Below are positions 35,638 to 45,940 of a DNA stretch of 64,000 bases, piece by piece. Origin of the DNA: an uncultured bacterium (GTDB lineage Bacteria; Verrucomicrobiota; Kiritimatiellia; RFP12; UBA1067); assembly GCA_902772905.1 (NCBI GenBank), contig CACYCL010000142.1, positions 15,105 to 79,104 of the forward strand. The letters are read 5' to 3'. The position numbers and the translations under genes were made by a program. The notes under the pieces were generated by a model. That model did no database searches. It saw nothing but the letters and a program-made list of their open reading frames with translations, and was not told the DNA's origin. Position 1 is the first letter of the stretch. The number at the start of each line of letters is the position of its first letter.

Positions 35638-37035
35638 ATGAACGAATCAGCAGAAAATGCGGCTAGGATGAAGTGGGAAAGGGCAAAGGCCATATACCTC
35701 TCTACGCTGCAATCGGAAGACGAGAAGAGCCAGGTAGAGCGCTATCTGTCGATGATTGTTTCAGTCGAGCAAAAGGGAAGCGCGTTCGTTGTAATCACTT
35801 CGAGTGCATTCTCCGCGGAGTTTTTGAAGGCAAACTATTCAGACAGGCTGAAGAAGTGCCTTGAACTTGTCATGCCTGACGAGAAGGTCGAACTGGAGTT
35901 CAAGTTCAGGGAGATTCCACTGCCTTCGATCATGTCGCATATTGTCGAGCCGAGAAAATCGCAGAAGATATCTACGTTCGTGTCGACAATGCCTCTCAAC
36001 GACGAATACACATTCGACGAATTCGTAAGAGGCCCTTCGAACAGTTTCGCTCTTGCCGCTGCGCAGGCCGTAGTGGCAAATCCAGGCAAGGGAGGCTACA
36101 ATCCTCTTTTCATACATGGCGGAACCGGGCTGGGCAAGACGCACCTGATGCAGGCGATAGGCAACGAGATCAAGCGAAAGGATCCATCTCTTGCTGTTTG
36201 CTACCTCACCGCAGAGGAATACCTGAACGAATACGTCAACTACATGAAGGACAGCAACGTTCCAGGATTCAGGGCGAAGTACAGGTCAGTCGACGTGCTT
36301 CTGCTCGACGACGTGCAGTTCTTCCAGAAGGGCAAGCAGATACAGGAAGAGTTCTTCAACACGTTCAACGCGCTAAAGGACAAGCGAAAGCAGATCGTAA
36401 TGACATCTGACGTGGCTCCGAAGAACCTGCCTGCAATAGAGGAAAGGCTCATATCGCGGTTCGAGGGAGGCATGCTACAGGAAATTGAAACTCCCAGCTA
36501 TGAAACGCGCCTTGCAATTCTGAGGAAGAAGCTCGAAGGTCTCGAAGTCAACGTACCGGACTATGCCCTTGAGTTCATAGCCGACAGGATAAAGAGCCAT
36601 GTGAGGGCAATGGAAGGCGCGCTTGGAAAGGTAAGCGTGTATCTTTCGGCATATCCAGGCTCTACGCTGAGCAACGAAATTCTGGAACACCTGCTTGGAG
36701 ACTTCATACAGAAAGAGCAGATGATGAGGAAGCTCAACATAGAGGAAGTAAAAGTAGCGGTTGCAAAGAAGTACTCCATAACGATGGAACAGATGATGTC
36801 GAAGGAGAGGACACAGTCGGTAGTCACTCCGCGCCAGCTTGCAATGTACATAGCGCGGAAGTTCACCACAAAGAGCCTTCCGGAGATAGCGAAGATGTTC
36901 GACAAGACGCATGCCACCATCATACACGGCGTGAGAAACATAGAAAGGCATCTGGACGTGGAGCCTGAACTAAAGGCGAGCCTTGCAGAGATTCTTGCTG
37001 AATTCGGATACAAGCTCTCTGACAAGATGGACTAG
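35638..37035 (+). CDS. dnaA: Chromosomal replication initiator protein DnaA
   Basis: AAA+ core with LFIHGGTGLGKTHLMQAIGNEI and LLDDVQFF, plus a C-terminal DNA-binding domain (RQLAMYIARKFT...IAKMF..HATIIHGVRNIE). Confidence 0.95.
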   Translation: MNESAENAARMKWERAKAIYLSTLQSEDEKSQVERYLSMIVSVEQKGSAFVVITSSAFSAEFLKANYSDRLKKCLELVMPDEKVELEFKFREIPLPSIMSHIVEPRKSQKISTFVSTMPLNDEYTFDEFVRGPSNSFALAAAQAVVANPGKGGYNPLFIHGGTGLGKTHLMQAIGNEIKRKDPSLAVCYLTAEEYLNEYVNYMKDSNVPGFRAKYRSVDVLLLDDVQFFQKGKQIQEEFFNTFNALKDKRKQIVMTSDVAPKNLPAIEERLISRFEGGMLQEIETPSYETRLAILRKKLEGLEVNVPDYALEFIADRIKSHVRAMEGALGKVSVYLSAYPGSTLSNEILEHLLGDFIQKEQMMRKLNIEEVKVAVAKKYSITMEQMMSKERTQSVVTPRQLAMYIARKFTTKSLPEIAKMFDKTHATIIHGVRNIERHLDVEPELKASLAEILAEFGYKLSDKMD

Positions 37036-37322
37036 AGAAGCTGTTGAGAACTTGATCAGAGAATGGTGAAAAGTGGTGCAGGTTATCGACAGCGGTGCTT
37101 CGAACCGGATGGCTTTGAACATGTCTCAAATGGCAACCAAGAGGAAATCAACAGTTGAACTCATGCAAAACCCCAACAAACACTGGGTCAAAACGACTTG
37201 TCAACATTGTCTACAGTGTATAATACTATAAAAAATACACTTCATCTTAATAACAGTATTTGATACAATTCACAATCAAGGCTGTAGAAGAAGACTGCGG
37301 CCAGCAAACGTAAGGAGACAGC

Positions 37323-38420
37323 ATGATGAAATTCAAGATAGTAAGGTCGAGGTTTCTTGAGGGACTGAAGTCCGTGCAGAACATTGTAGTTGGCAAGGGC
37401 TCTCTGCCAATACTGCAAAATGTTCTCATGGAGGCGAACGGCAAGGAGCTTAGGATGACCACCACTGATCTTGACATATCCATTCGCTCTATATGCGAGT
37501 GCGAAGTCATTGAACAGGGTAACTCAACGCTTCCCGTAAAGCTCCTGTTCAATGCCGTCGCCAAGGTGGCCGAGGGGGAGATAGAGGTTTCGATAGATGC
37601 GCACGAGCGCGCCGAGATCAACGCAGGAAACGCGAAGTTCAAGCTTGCGGGAATGCCGGAGTCGGAGTTTCCGCGCCTCCCTCAGGACGAGGACGCGTTC
37701 GCGTACACCATTCCCCAGACGACGCTCAAGGAAATGCTTCGCAAGGTTTCTTATGCAGCCAGCCAGGACGACACGAGGCGCACTCTGAAGGGCGTTCTCA
37801 TGAGCTTCAAAGACGAAAAGCTCACCATGGTAGCCACCGACGGACGCCGCCTTGCGCTTGTAGAGAACGAGAACGAGTTTCCAAAGGACTCCGAGAGGGA
37901 CATTGTGCTTCCCTCAAAGGCGGTGTCGGAGCTTCAGCGCTCGCTTGGAGGTGAAGGTGATGTCTCGCTTCTCGTGCAGAAGTCTCAGATATGCTTCAAG
38001 CTCGGCGGCATAATAATATACTCCAAGTTGATGGACGACGTCTACCCGAACTACCGCCAGGTCATACCTAGGGAGACAGCCGAGCAGATCGAGGTGGACC
38101 GCCAGCTGCTTCTTGACGCTCTTGACCGCGTGAGCGTAATGACCATAGACGAAGCTCATTCAACGAAGCTCATATTTGAAAGCGGAAAGCTCACCGTTAC
38201 TTCCGCTGCGTCTGACATAGGGGAGGCAAAGGATGTCGTGCCCATCAAGTACGCAGGCGAGAAGATAGAGATAATGTTCAATCCGACCTACGTGATGGAC
38301 GCTCTGAAGGCCATCGACGACGACATGGTTACAATACACATAAACGACGGTCATTCGCCTGCAGTGATAAAGTGCTCGATACCGTTCCTGTATGTGCTGA
38401 TGCCTCTCCGGATAAACTGA
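37323..38420 (+). CDS. dnaN: DNA polymerase III beta sliding clamp
   Basis: 365 aa directly downstream of dnaA, with the typical three-domain beta-clamp sequence (MKFKI.R..L...L..VQNIV......PILQNVL.EA......LRMTTTDLDISI). Confidence 0.95.
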   Translation: MMKFKIVRSRFLEGLKSVQNIVVGKGSLPILQNVLMEANGKELRMTTTDLDISIRSICECEVIEQGNSTLPVKLLFNAVAKVAEGEIEVSIDAHERAEINAGNAKFKLAGMPESEFPRLPQDEDAFAYTIPQTTLKEMLRKVSYAASQDDTRRTLKGVLMSFKDEKLTMVATDGRRLALVENENEFPKDSERDIVLPSKAVSELQRSLGGEGDVSLLVQKSQICFKLGGIIIYSKLMDDVYPNYRQVIPRETAEQIEVDRQLLLDALDRVSVMTIDEAHSTKLIFESGKLTVTSAASDIGEAKDVVPIKYAGEKIEIMFNPTYVMDALKAIDDDMVTIHINDGHSPAVIKCSIPFLYVLMPLRIN

Positions 38421-38464
38421 TTAAAAGACTGCGACTGAGAAGTGAAAAGGTCAAAGGGTATACC

Positions 38465-39709
38465 ATGAAGATCTGGACCGACAAGAACTATCCAATCATC
38501 ATTTCCTGTGCGAAGCAGCTTTCGCGCTGGACAGAGGCAGAAGTAATTGAGATGGGCTACAAGCCCATTGAAGTAACGGAGAACACGGTAGTTGTAAGAG
38601 GTGACATGCGCGATGTCATGAGGCTCAATCTGTGGCTCAGGACTGCACATCGCGTACTTGTTCCCCTGCTTAGGACGACATGCAGAAACATACGCGAGCT
38701 GTACGAGTCTGTCCTGTCGATAGACTGGGAGAACCTTCTTGACGCCGATGGATATTTCTCTGTTTCGTCCATAGTTCACAACTACACCATACGCGACACC
38801 AGGCTTCCCTCGCTTTACACCAAGGACGCCATAGCCGATCGAATGAGGGAGAAATGCCAGCGCAGGCCTGATTCCGGAGGGGCGAACTTCGGAGCGGCGG
38901 TTTTCGTATACTGGGAACGCAACGAAGTAATAATATACCTTGATACATCGGGCGAGCCGCTTTCAAAACGCGGATACCGGCGCATTCCGGGGTCTGCGCC
39001 CCTTCAGGAGACTTTGGCAGCCGCATGCATCATGGCCTTGAGGTGGGATCCGTCTACTCCGTTTGTGTCGCCGATGTGCGGCAGCGGTACGCCTGCGATA
39101 GAAGCAGTAATGATGGCAATGAACAAGGCTCCCGGTTCACTTAAGGGGCATTTCGCGTTTCAGTCCATAAAGGGATATAGCAGGTTCATACCTGGAGAGA
39201 CGTCGTCGCTTGTTTCCTCGCGTCACAGGGCCGGTGCATCGCCGGAGCAGATATGGAAGGAAATGGTGCGTGACGCAAAGTCAAAGGAACGCACCGTCGG
39301 ACTGCCTAAAATAGTTGCGACCGACATTTCGCCGGATGCCATTGAGAACGCCCTCACAAATTCCATCGCCGCAGGTGTTGCGCAGCACATTGAGTTCGCA
39401 GCGTGTGACTTTGGCGACACCAAGGTTCCGGAATCAGAGTCAACGCCGAAAGGAGTAGTGTTCTTCAATCCCGAGTATGGCATACGTCTTGGAGATCCTG
39501 TTGAGCTTGAGCCAATATACGAGCGCATAGGCACATTCATGAATGAAAAGTGCCGCGGCTATACAGGTGGTCTAATAACGGGAAATCCCGATCTTGCCGC
39601 CAAGGTCAATCTCTATTACAAAAACCGCGTTCCTTTCTTCAACGGGCCGATAGACTGCAGGCTCTTTGTATACGAGGGATGCGAACTGAAAGGACAGAAC
39701 GTCAAATGA
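38465..39709 (+). CDS. THUMP-domain class I SAM-dependent RNA methyltransferase (RlmL / RlmKL N-terminal-module-like)
   Basis: The start is the ATG at 38465 (MKIWTDKNYPII) with an AAGGG RBS. SAM-binding motifs include DPMCGSGT and the FFNPEYG catalytic motif. The ORF-track start at 38372 overlaps dnaN and was rejected. Confidence 0.75.
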   Translation: MKIWTDKNYPIIISCAKQLSRWTEAEVIEMGYKPIEVTENTVVVRGDMRDVMRLNLWLRTAHRVLVPLLRTTCRNIRELYESVLSIDWENLLDADGYFSVSSIVHNYTIRDTRLPSLYTKDAIADRMREKCQRRPDSGGANFGAAVFVYWERNEVIIYLDTSGEPLSKRGYRRIPGSAPLQETLAAACIMALRWDPSTPFVSPMCGSGTPAIEAVMMAMNKAPGSLKGHFAFQSIKGYSRFIPGETSSLVSSRHRAGASPEQIWKEMVRDAKSKERTVGLPKIVATDISPDAIENALTNSIAAGVAQHIEFAACDFGDTKVPESESTPKGVVFFNPEYGIRLGDPVELEPIYERIGTFMNEKCRGYTGGLITGNPDLAAKVNLYYKNRVPFFNGPIDCRLFVYEGCELKGQNVK

Positions 39710-40347
39710 ACTTTGAAGAATTTCTGAGGCCGGACGAACCGAATGAGAAGCCCGCAGCGGAAGAGACAGATGAAGAGGAAATTCAGCCTGAGGAGCTAGA
39801 TGTACAAAAGGCAGTCGTTGAGGCCTTGGCGGCCGAGAAGGTAGCCCGTGACGAGGAAATAGGAAAACTCAGGAAGGAAAATGAATTTCTTCACAAGAAA
39901 GTTGCGGAACTCACTGCGAAGAATGAATCGATGACTGCCAGCATAAGCAGCATGAAGAGTTCGCTTGACCAAGTCGGGGACGTGCTGGCCAGAAATTCAG
40001 AAAGCGAAACATCAAGCAAAATAGCGCTCATCGACAGAAACATCGAATGTGAAGACCGCTTTCCAGGCGAGACTCGCGACCATGTGCTTGAGGTGATACG
40101 CGAGGCCAGAGACAGGGACGAAGCCGAGGGAAGATGCCGTCGAGCCCAGCTTCTTGAAAGTGTACTCCTGGCAAACGAGCCCAACGGTACGCTTGCAAAA
40201 CGCCGTGCCGCGCTTGAAAAACTTTTCAATGAAAACGCCAACGTCATAAACGGAACAGTGATAGAAGAGCTTGCAAAGCTTGGAATTTCGCATAAAAAAG
40301 GCGAAGAGTATCTATTGGCATCAGAGATTATCAAGAGGAGTTATTGA
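39708..40347 (+). CDS. Hypothetical acidic coiled-coil protein (213 aa)
   Basis: The ATG at 39708 overlaps the upstream stop (ATGA). The protein is E/K-rich with heptad-like segments. The ORF-track N-terminal extension from 39550 overlaps the previous gene and was rejected. Confidence 0.55.
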
Positions 40348-40445
40348 TAAATATCAACATACATACTAACATATGTTGATATTGCTGTTAATAAGTTTAT
40401 AACTCTGTTGATACTGTTTATAACTTTGCCCTTGCAAGTTGATAA
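40344..40445. promoter_or_regulatory. Cluster of five DnaA-box-like 9-mers in a 100-bp AT-rich intergenic region
   Basis: TTGATAAAT/ATATCAACA form the palindrome ttgataaatatcaa at 40344-40357. TGTTGATAT is at 40375, TGTTGATAC at 40406 and GTTGATAAA at 40437. Confidence 0.45.
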
Positions 40446-40468
40446 AATAAAGTCCATAATACTCACCT

Positions 40469-40954
40469 GTGACGAACCTAGATCCAGAAATCTGCTATCA
40501 GATACGTGAAGCTCGCCGTGCGGCGAAGCTATCACAGATTGTAGTTGCGAACGATATTGGCTGCAAGCAGTCGGCGTTGTCGATGTTTGAGCAGGGAGAC
40601 GGAACAAAGCTTAGCGATGAGTCGATAAAGAAGCTTGCCGATAAATTCGGCATAGACATTTCACAAAAGAAGTCGTCTGTCCAGGCAACACCTGATGGAG
40701 CCGTTGTTGCACAGCGAACGGTATCAGAGAGCAAAGTTGGTTTCTGCCCAAACCCTCGCTGTCCGACGAACCATATATATGAGGTGGAGGGCAGAACCCT
40801 TTATCTTCCTGATCGTGCAGCGGCGGATCCAGTTGGAGGAAAGTTCTGCGCAATGTGCGGTGAAGTGCTTATGAAAGTATGCCCGAACTGTGGAGCGCAC
40901 GTGCACGACGGAGGATTCTGCTCGGTTTGCGGAGAGTCGTACATATCGGTGTAA
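40469..40954 (+). CDS. XRE-family HTH transcriptional regulator with a C-terminal Cys-rich zinc-ribbon
   Basis: HTH region is ICYQIREARRAAKLSQIVVANDIGCKQSALSMFEQG and the C-terminus has CPNPRCP...CAMCG...CPNCG...CSVCG. The GTG start and weak RBS leave the start uncertain. Confidence 0.6.
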   Translation: MTNLDPEICYQIREARRAAKLSQIVVANDIGCKQSALSMFEQGDGTKLSDESIKKLADKFGIDISQKKSSVQATPDGAVVAQRTVSESKVGFCPNPRCPTNHIYEVEGRTLYLPDRAAADPVGGKFCAMCGEVLMKVCPNCGAHVHDGGFCSVCGESYISV

Positions 40955-40990
40955 ACCAGACATAAATACACAACCAAGGAGGAGAAGCTG

Positions 40991-42436
40991 ATGGACAAGG
41001 TAAAAAGATACGCGGTATATCTATTGGTGATTGCCGGTTGCGGCGGGCTTCTCTTCGACTTTGGAGGAACAATAATCGGTCCGGCGCTGCCGTACATAGG
41101 TCCTGTAGAGGACAATCCCGGCAGCCTTGGTCTTTTCACGACCGGGCAGGTGTCGCATCTTTCGAGCGCCGTCGTGATGTGCGCCGCGATTGCCTGTCTT
41201 GCAGCCGGCTGGCTTACCGAAAAGATAGGGCGAAAGTTGATGATGCTCATTTCAGCCGCCATAGCCGCGCTCGCATGCCTTCCGATATGCCTAACGGGCG
41301 GGAACTACGCAATGTTCTTTGTCGGGCGGGCCATGCAGGGCGTGGCCGCCGGCTTTATAGGCGTTGTAGTTCCCATGTACCTCGCCGAATGCCTTGACGC
41401 GGACAGCCGCGGCAAGGGAGCCGGCATGTTCCAGCTTCTTGACTTCATAGGCATAACATTCTGCTCAATAGTTGGCCTGGCGGTAGTGCACTGCATAGGC
41501 GCGGCAGACGACACCACGGTTTCCGCCGCAAAGAAGGCGCTTGCCTGGAAGACTATTTTCTGGTCCAGCGCCGTTCCGGCCATTCTGTTTTTCCTTGGTG
41601 CGCTTGGCCTTAGAGAATCGCCGCGCTGGCTGTATCGCCGTGGTCGGAAAGAAGAGGCGCTTTCCGCGCTCGCGGCGAACAACGGCGAGGCGAAGGCGAA
41701 AGAGATATTGGAAGAGATGATCTCAAGTGACGAGGCAGAAGAAGCCGAGAAGGCCAGGAACGCATCAGCTACTGACACTCTCTTCCAGCGCAAGTACGTT
41801 CTGCCGTTCTGCATCTCCCTTGCAGTGCTGATATGCAATCAGGCGATAGGGTTCAACGCCATTCAGTACTTCTCGATCCCGATGTTCATGAAGGCAGGTC
41901 TTACCCAGTCTACGGCAAACGCGGCGAACTTCGTCGTGTGGCTTGTTCCCATTCCAGTGACAGTTGTTGCTCTGAGCCTTGTGGACAGGAGCGGGCGCAA
42001 GACCCTCCTGAAGCTCGGCACTCTCGGCATGGTTGCCGCGTTGGCAGGTGTTGCAACGGTGTTTCTGCTGCTTGAGAGGGGGGCGATGGCCGGCGGCCTC
42101 TTTGCCGGGTGGATGACTGTTGCCGGAATTGCGCTTTTTGTGGCGTCGTTTTCGATTGGTCCCGGAGTGGTGGTGTGGCTTGCGCTCTCCGAGCTGATGC
42201 CAAGCCGCATACGCGCAAACGGAATGTCGATAGCGCTGTTCGTAAACCAAATGGTTGCCTTTGCGATAGCCGATGCGTTTCTTCCATGGCAGAAGGCCTG
42301 CGGCTACGCAGTCGTGTTCTACTGCCTTGCCGGCTTTGCGTTTCTATACTTCCTGACGGCTGCGTTCCTTCTTCCGGAGACCAAGGGCAAGACGCTTGAG
42401 GAAATCGAGGCCTATTTTGCAGGCAAGCGGCGATGA
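40991..42436 (+). CDS. MFS transporter, sugar-porter family
   Basis: 481 aa with 12 predicted TM segments. Motifs GRKLMML and PETKGKTLEEIE are typical of sugar porters. A GGAGGAG RBS precedes the start. Confidence 0.8.
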   Translation: MDKVKRYAVYLLVIAGCGGLLFDFGGTIIGPALPYIGPVEDNPGSLGLFTTGQVSHLSSAVVMCAAIACLAAGWLTEKIGRKLMMLISAAIAALACLPICLTGGNYAMFFVGRAMQGVAAGFIGVVVPMYLAECLDADSRGKGAGMFQLLDFIGITFCSIVGLAVVHCIGAADDTTVSAAKKALAWKTIFWSSAVPAILFFLGALGLRESPRWLYRRGRKEEALSALAANNGEAKAKEILEEMISSDEAEEAEKARNASATDTLFQRKYVLPFCISLAVLICNQAIGFNAIQYFSIPMFMKAGLTQSTANAANFVVWLVPIPVTVVALSLVDRSGRKTLLKLGTLGMVAALAGVATVFLLLERGAMAGGLFAGWMTVAGIALFVASFSIGPGVVVWLALSELMPSRIRANGMSIALFVNQMVAFAIADAFLPWQKACGYAVVFYCLAGFAFLYFLTAAFLLPETKGKTLEEIEAYFAGKRR

Positions 42437-43656
42437 AGCGCCATCTCATAGGGATAGGCGGAGTCGGCATGAGCGCGCTTGCAACCGCGCTCGTGAGGCT
42501 TGGCGACGAAGTTACCGGCGCTGACCGAACTCTCGGCACTCCGAACATACGTTTTCTCGAGTCGCTCGGCATCAGAGTCTATCCCGACGACGGCAGCGGC
42601 ATCGACGACTCGACGGACGAAGTGGTCGTATCGACGGCAATAGAGGATGACAACCCAGGGCTTCGCCGTGCAAAGGAACTGGGAATACCGGTCGCCCATC
42701 GAGCAGCCGCGCTTGCTCGCGCCCTCTCAGGCCACAAGCTAGTCGCTGTTGCGGGAACGTGCGGGAAGTCGACCGTGACGGCAATGCTCGGTCATGTTCT
42801 CCAAGAATGCGGGCTTGATCCACTGTGCGTTAACGGGGCCAACGTGCCTGGATGGGAGGGGGCAGTGAGATTCGGGCGCGGAGAATACGCCGTTGCAGAG
42901 GTGGACGAATCAGACAAGTCGCTAGTGGCCTTCAAACCGTACGCGGCAATAGTCACCAACGCATCTGCCGACCACTACTCAAAAGAAGAAATGGACGAGG
43001 TCTTCGATGCATTTGTGAAGGAATGCGCTGGACCTGTCGTTGACGGTCGCCTTTCTGGCATCTCCGGCTGCGAGGCAGATACGTCGCTTCCCGGCAGGCA
43101 CAACCGCGAAAACGCGGCGCTTGCGCTCAGGATGGCGCTTGCGCTTGGATGCGACGAGGCGACGGCGCGCGCTGCGCTGCTCTCGTTCCGAGGCGTAGAG
43201 CGGCGGCTCCAGAGAATTGACTCGGCGTGCGCCGGTGCGCCTGCGGTATATGACGACTACGCGCACAACCCCGAGAAGCTTCATGCGATGTGGACGACGC
43301 TTGCCGAGAAATATCCACGTGGCGTATGCGCGGTGTGGCGTCCGCATGGCTACGCGCCTCTGCGCAAGATGAAAGACGCGCTTGCTGATATGTTTGCGGA
43401 GACCGTGCGGCCGCAGGATCGGCTTCTCCTTCTGCCGGTGTACGACGCCGGCGGTACAACGGACAGGACAATAAACTCAGATGCGCTTCTTGCGGCGCTT
43501 TACGAGAGAGGACAAAAGCGGGCCGAGATCGTCGGTAACCTTGACATGGCGTATGAATGGTGCGCTGCCCACAAGGACGGCTATGAGTGCTTTGTGACGT
43601 GCGGAGCCCGTGATCCAGGTCTTCCGGAACTTGCGAAGAGACTGTCCGCAATGTAG
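42433..43656 (+). CDS. Mur ligase family protein (MurC/Mpl-like, 407 aa)
   Basis: N-terminal HLIGIGGVGMSALA is the MurC/Mpl nucleotide-binding fold. The P-loop is AVAGTCGKSTVTAML, and AEVDESD and DYAHNPEKL are also present. It is shorter than canonical MurC. The start overlaps the MFS stop (ATGA). Confidence 0.7.
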   Translation: MKRHLIGIGGVGMSALATALVRLGDEVTGADRTLGTPNIRFLESLGIRVYPDDGSGIDDSTDEVVVSTAIEDDNPGLRRAKELGIPVAHRAAALARALSGHKLVAVAGTCGKSTVTAMLGHVLQECGLDPLCVNGANVPGWEGAVRFGRGEYAVAEVDESDKSLVAFKPYAAIVTNASADHYSKEEMDEVFDAFVKECAGPVVDGRLSGISGCEADTSLPGRHNRENAALALRMALALGCDEATARAALLSFRGVERRLQRIDSACAGAPAVYDDYAHNPEKLHAMWTTLAEKYPRGVCAVWRPHGYAPLRKMKDALADMFAETVRPQDRLLLLPVYDAGGTTDRTINSDALLAALYERGQKRAEIVGNLDMAYEWCAAHKDGYECFVTCGARDPGLPELAKRLSAM

Positions 43657-43660
43657 AGAG

Positions 43661-44767
43661 ATGACTGTTGTACACCTAGTTCCGGCGATGGAGCAGGGCG
43701 GCGTCGAAAGCGTCGTATGCAATTTGAACCGCGCCGTGGCTGCGGCTGGCTGGAAGTCTGTCGTGGTTTCACGCGGAGGCCGGCTGGCGGCGAACATAGA
43801 GGCAGATGGCGGCCGCCACGTTGCGCTTGACCTGAAGTCGAAGAATCCGCTTACCTATTTTCGCCGCGCGCTGAGGCTCAGGCGGCTTCTGCGTTCGCTT
43901 GCAGCGGAGGACGGAGACATCCTTGCATGCGCTCATTCACGAGTTCCGGCATGGCTGTTCTCATGGGCGAACCGCGCGCTTGGCCTGAAGTGGATCACTT
44001 ACGCGCACGGCGCTAACAGCGTGTCGCGCTACTCGGCGGTCATGACCAAGGGGGATTTTGTGGTTGCGCCGTCGAAGTTCCTTGCCGACTTCCTGCTTGA
44101 GAAATATCCCGACAGGCCTTTGACTCCGGCGAGCGCCAGCCTTGCGCGCCGCCTGCGGATCATAAGCCCGAGCGTCGATCTCGTTCGCTTTGACCCAGAT
44201 CGGATCGATGCGAAGTTCGCGGGCGAGAAGCGGCGCGAGTGGGGGGTCGAGCACGGCGAGCGCGTTGAAATGTCGGTTGGGCGCATATCGCCCGTGAAGG
44301 GCTTTGGAAATGTCATACGAGACTTTGCGGAGTCGGGATCTTCCAAGTTCTCGAAGCTTGTGATAGTTGGCGGCGCGGACGCACGGCACGAGTCGCATCT
44401 TGCAGAGCTGCGGGCGCTGGCGCATGAACTTGGCGTAGGCGACCGTGTCGTGTTTGCAGGAGCCCAGGCGAAGATGGCGGAGTGCCTTTCGATAGCCGAT
44501 GAAGTCGTTGTGGGCAACACGGAAAAGCCGGAGTCGTTCGGCCTGTCCGTCGCGGAGGCGCTGGCCATGCGGCGGCCGGTGCGCCTTCTGCGCAGGTTCG
44601 GCGGGGCTGGCGAGATACTTGCGGCAGTCGCCGCGAGCGGCGTTGCCGATTCGCGCGAGGCGGTCCGGTCGCTCTATGGCTTCGAGGCGGTCGCGGCGAA
44701 AACGCTGGCGCTGTACGCTGGCGCGCTGGGCGGCCGGCAAGCGTGCGATGGCAATGTTTTGGTATAA
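43661..44767 (+). CDS. Glycosyltransferase family 4
   Basis: I moved the start to the ATG at 43661 (MTVVHLVPAMEQGGVE, the GT4 N-terminal motif). The C-terminal half has EKPESFGLSVAEALAMRRPV, the GT4 E-x7-E region. Confidence 0.75.
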   Translation: MTVVHLVPAMEQGGVESVVCNLNRAVAAAGWKSVVVSRGGRLAANIEADGGRHVALDLKSKNPLTYFRRALRLRRLLRSLAAEDGDILACAHSRVPAWLFSWANRALGLKWITYAHGANSVSRYSAVMTKGDFVVAPSKFLADFLLEKYPDRPLTPASASLARRLRIISPSVDLVRFDPDRIDAKFAGEKRREWGVEHGERVEMSVGRISPVKGFGNVIRDFAESGSSKFSKLVIVGGADARHESHLAELRALAHELGVGDRVVFAGAQAKMAECLSIADEVVVGNTEKPESFGLSVAEALAMRRPVRLLRRFGGAGEILAAVAASGVADSREAVRSLYGFEAVAAKTLALYAGALGGRQACDGNVLV

Positions 44768-44776
44768 TACGCGGCG

Positions 44777-45940
44777 ATGATTCACTTCAACAGACCATAC
44801 ATGACCGGCAAGGAGACGGAATACATCCGCCAGGCGGTTGTCGGCGGCAAGATATCCGGCAACGGAGAGTTCACGCACAGGTGCCAGGAGTATTTCGAGA
44901 AGCGCTATGGGTTTAGGAAATGCCTGCTTACCACCTCCTGCACGGACGCGCTTGAAATGGCCGCCATGCTTACCGACGTGGGTCCAGGCGACGAGGTGAT
45001 CGTGCCGTCGTACACTTTCGTGTCGAGCGCGCTGGCTTTCGTGCGACAGGGTGCGACCATTGTATTCGCCGACAGCCGCGCCGACCAGCCGAACATCGAC
45101 GAGGCGTCGCTGGAGTCGCTTGTGACGCCGCGCACGAAGGTCATTGTGCCTGTGCACTATGCCGGCGTTGCCTGCGACATGGACGCGATAATGGCCGTTG
45201 CCGGGCGGCATGGCCTGCTTGTCGTGGAGGACGCGGCGCAGTCCATAGACTCGTTCTACGTTTCGCGCGACGGCACCCGCCGCGCACTTGGCTCCATAGG
45301 GCACCTCGCCGCGTTCTCGTTCCACGAAACCAAGAACATAATATCTGGTGAGGGCGGGATGCTCGCAGTGAACGACGAGCGATTTGTCCGCCGCGCCGAG
45401 ATAGTGTGGGAAAAGGGCACCAACCGCGCGGAGTTCTTCAGGGGCGAGGTGAACAAATACGGCTGGGTCGATGTCGGGTCTTCGTTTCTGCCGACCGAGG
45501 TTGTCAGCGCGTTCCTCTGGGCGCAGATCGAGCACCTTGACGAAATACAGGCCGAGCGCAAAAGGCTCTGGGGCGAGTATATGGACTTCTTCTCCGGGGG
45601 CGTAGCCGAACGCTGCGGCCTGAAGCTTCCGTGCGTCCCCGGCTGCGCCACGAACAACGCGCACATGTTCTACGTGCTCTTTCCCGACCTTGCGAGACGT
45701 TCCGCTTTCATTGCCAGGATGCGGGAGCGCGAAGTGCTGACGGTTTTCCACTACCTTCCGCTTCACTCGTCCGCCTTCTATGTCGAGTACGCGAAGGCCC
45801 ATAGACCGTCCGGGCGCGCGCCGACGGACCTGCCGAACTGCGATCGGTATGCGGACACGTTGGTCAGGCTGCCGCTTTACTGCGGGCTGGCCCCGGACCA
45901 GGGCAGAGTCATCGCAGCGGCGAGGGAGTCGCTTTCGTGA
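44777..45940 (+). CDS. wecE: DegT/WecE-family PLP-dependent sugar aminotransferase, closest in pattern to WecE (dTDP-4-amino-4,6-dideoxygalactose transaminase)
   Basis: Near-collinear similarity to E. coli WecE: IHFNRPYMTGKETEYI, PSYTFVSSA, VPVHYAGVACDMD, FSFHETKNIISGEGG, EKGTNRAEFFRGEVNKYGWVDVGSS and HYLPLH. Substrate specificity cannot be asserted from sequence. Confidence 0.75.
   Translation: MIHFNRPYMTGKETEYIRQAVVGGKISGNGEFTHRCQEYFEKRYGFRKCLLTTSCTDALEMAAMLTDVGPGDEVIVPSYTFVSSALAFVRQGATIVFADSRADQPNIDEASLESLVTPRTKVIVPVHYAGVACDMDAIMAVAGRHGLLVVEDAAQSIDSFYVSRDGTRRALGSIGHLAAFSFHETKNIISGEGGMLAVNDERFVRRAEIVWEKGTNRAEFFRGEVNKYGWVDVGSSFLPTEVVSAFLWAQIEHLDEIQAERKRLWGEYMDFFSGGVAERCGLKLPCVPGCATNNAHMFYVLFPDLARRSAFIARMREREVLTVFHYLPLHSSAFYVEYAKAHRPSGRAPTDLPNCDRYADTLVRLPLYCGLAPDQGRVIAAARESLS

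Noticed and set aside
43961-45802. 613-aa minus-strand ORF antisense across the GT4 and wecE-like genes, and 46090..46782 / 47953..48804 minus-strand ORFs
   Set aside because: They are antisense to genes with strong family motifs on the plus strand. They are Arg-rich high-GC artefacts.
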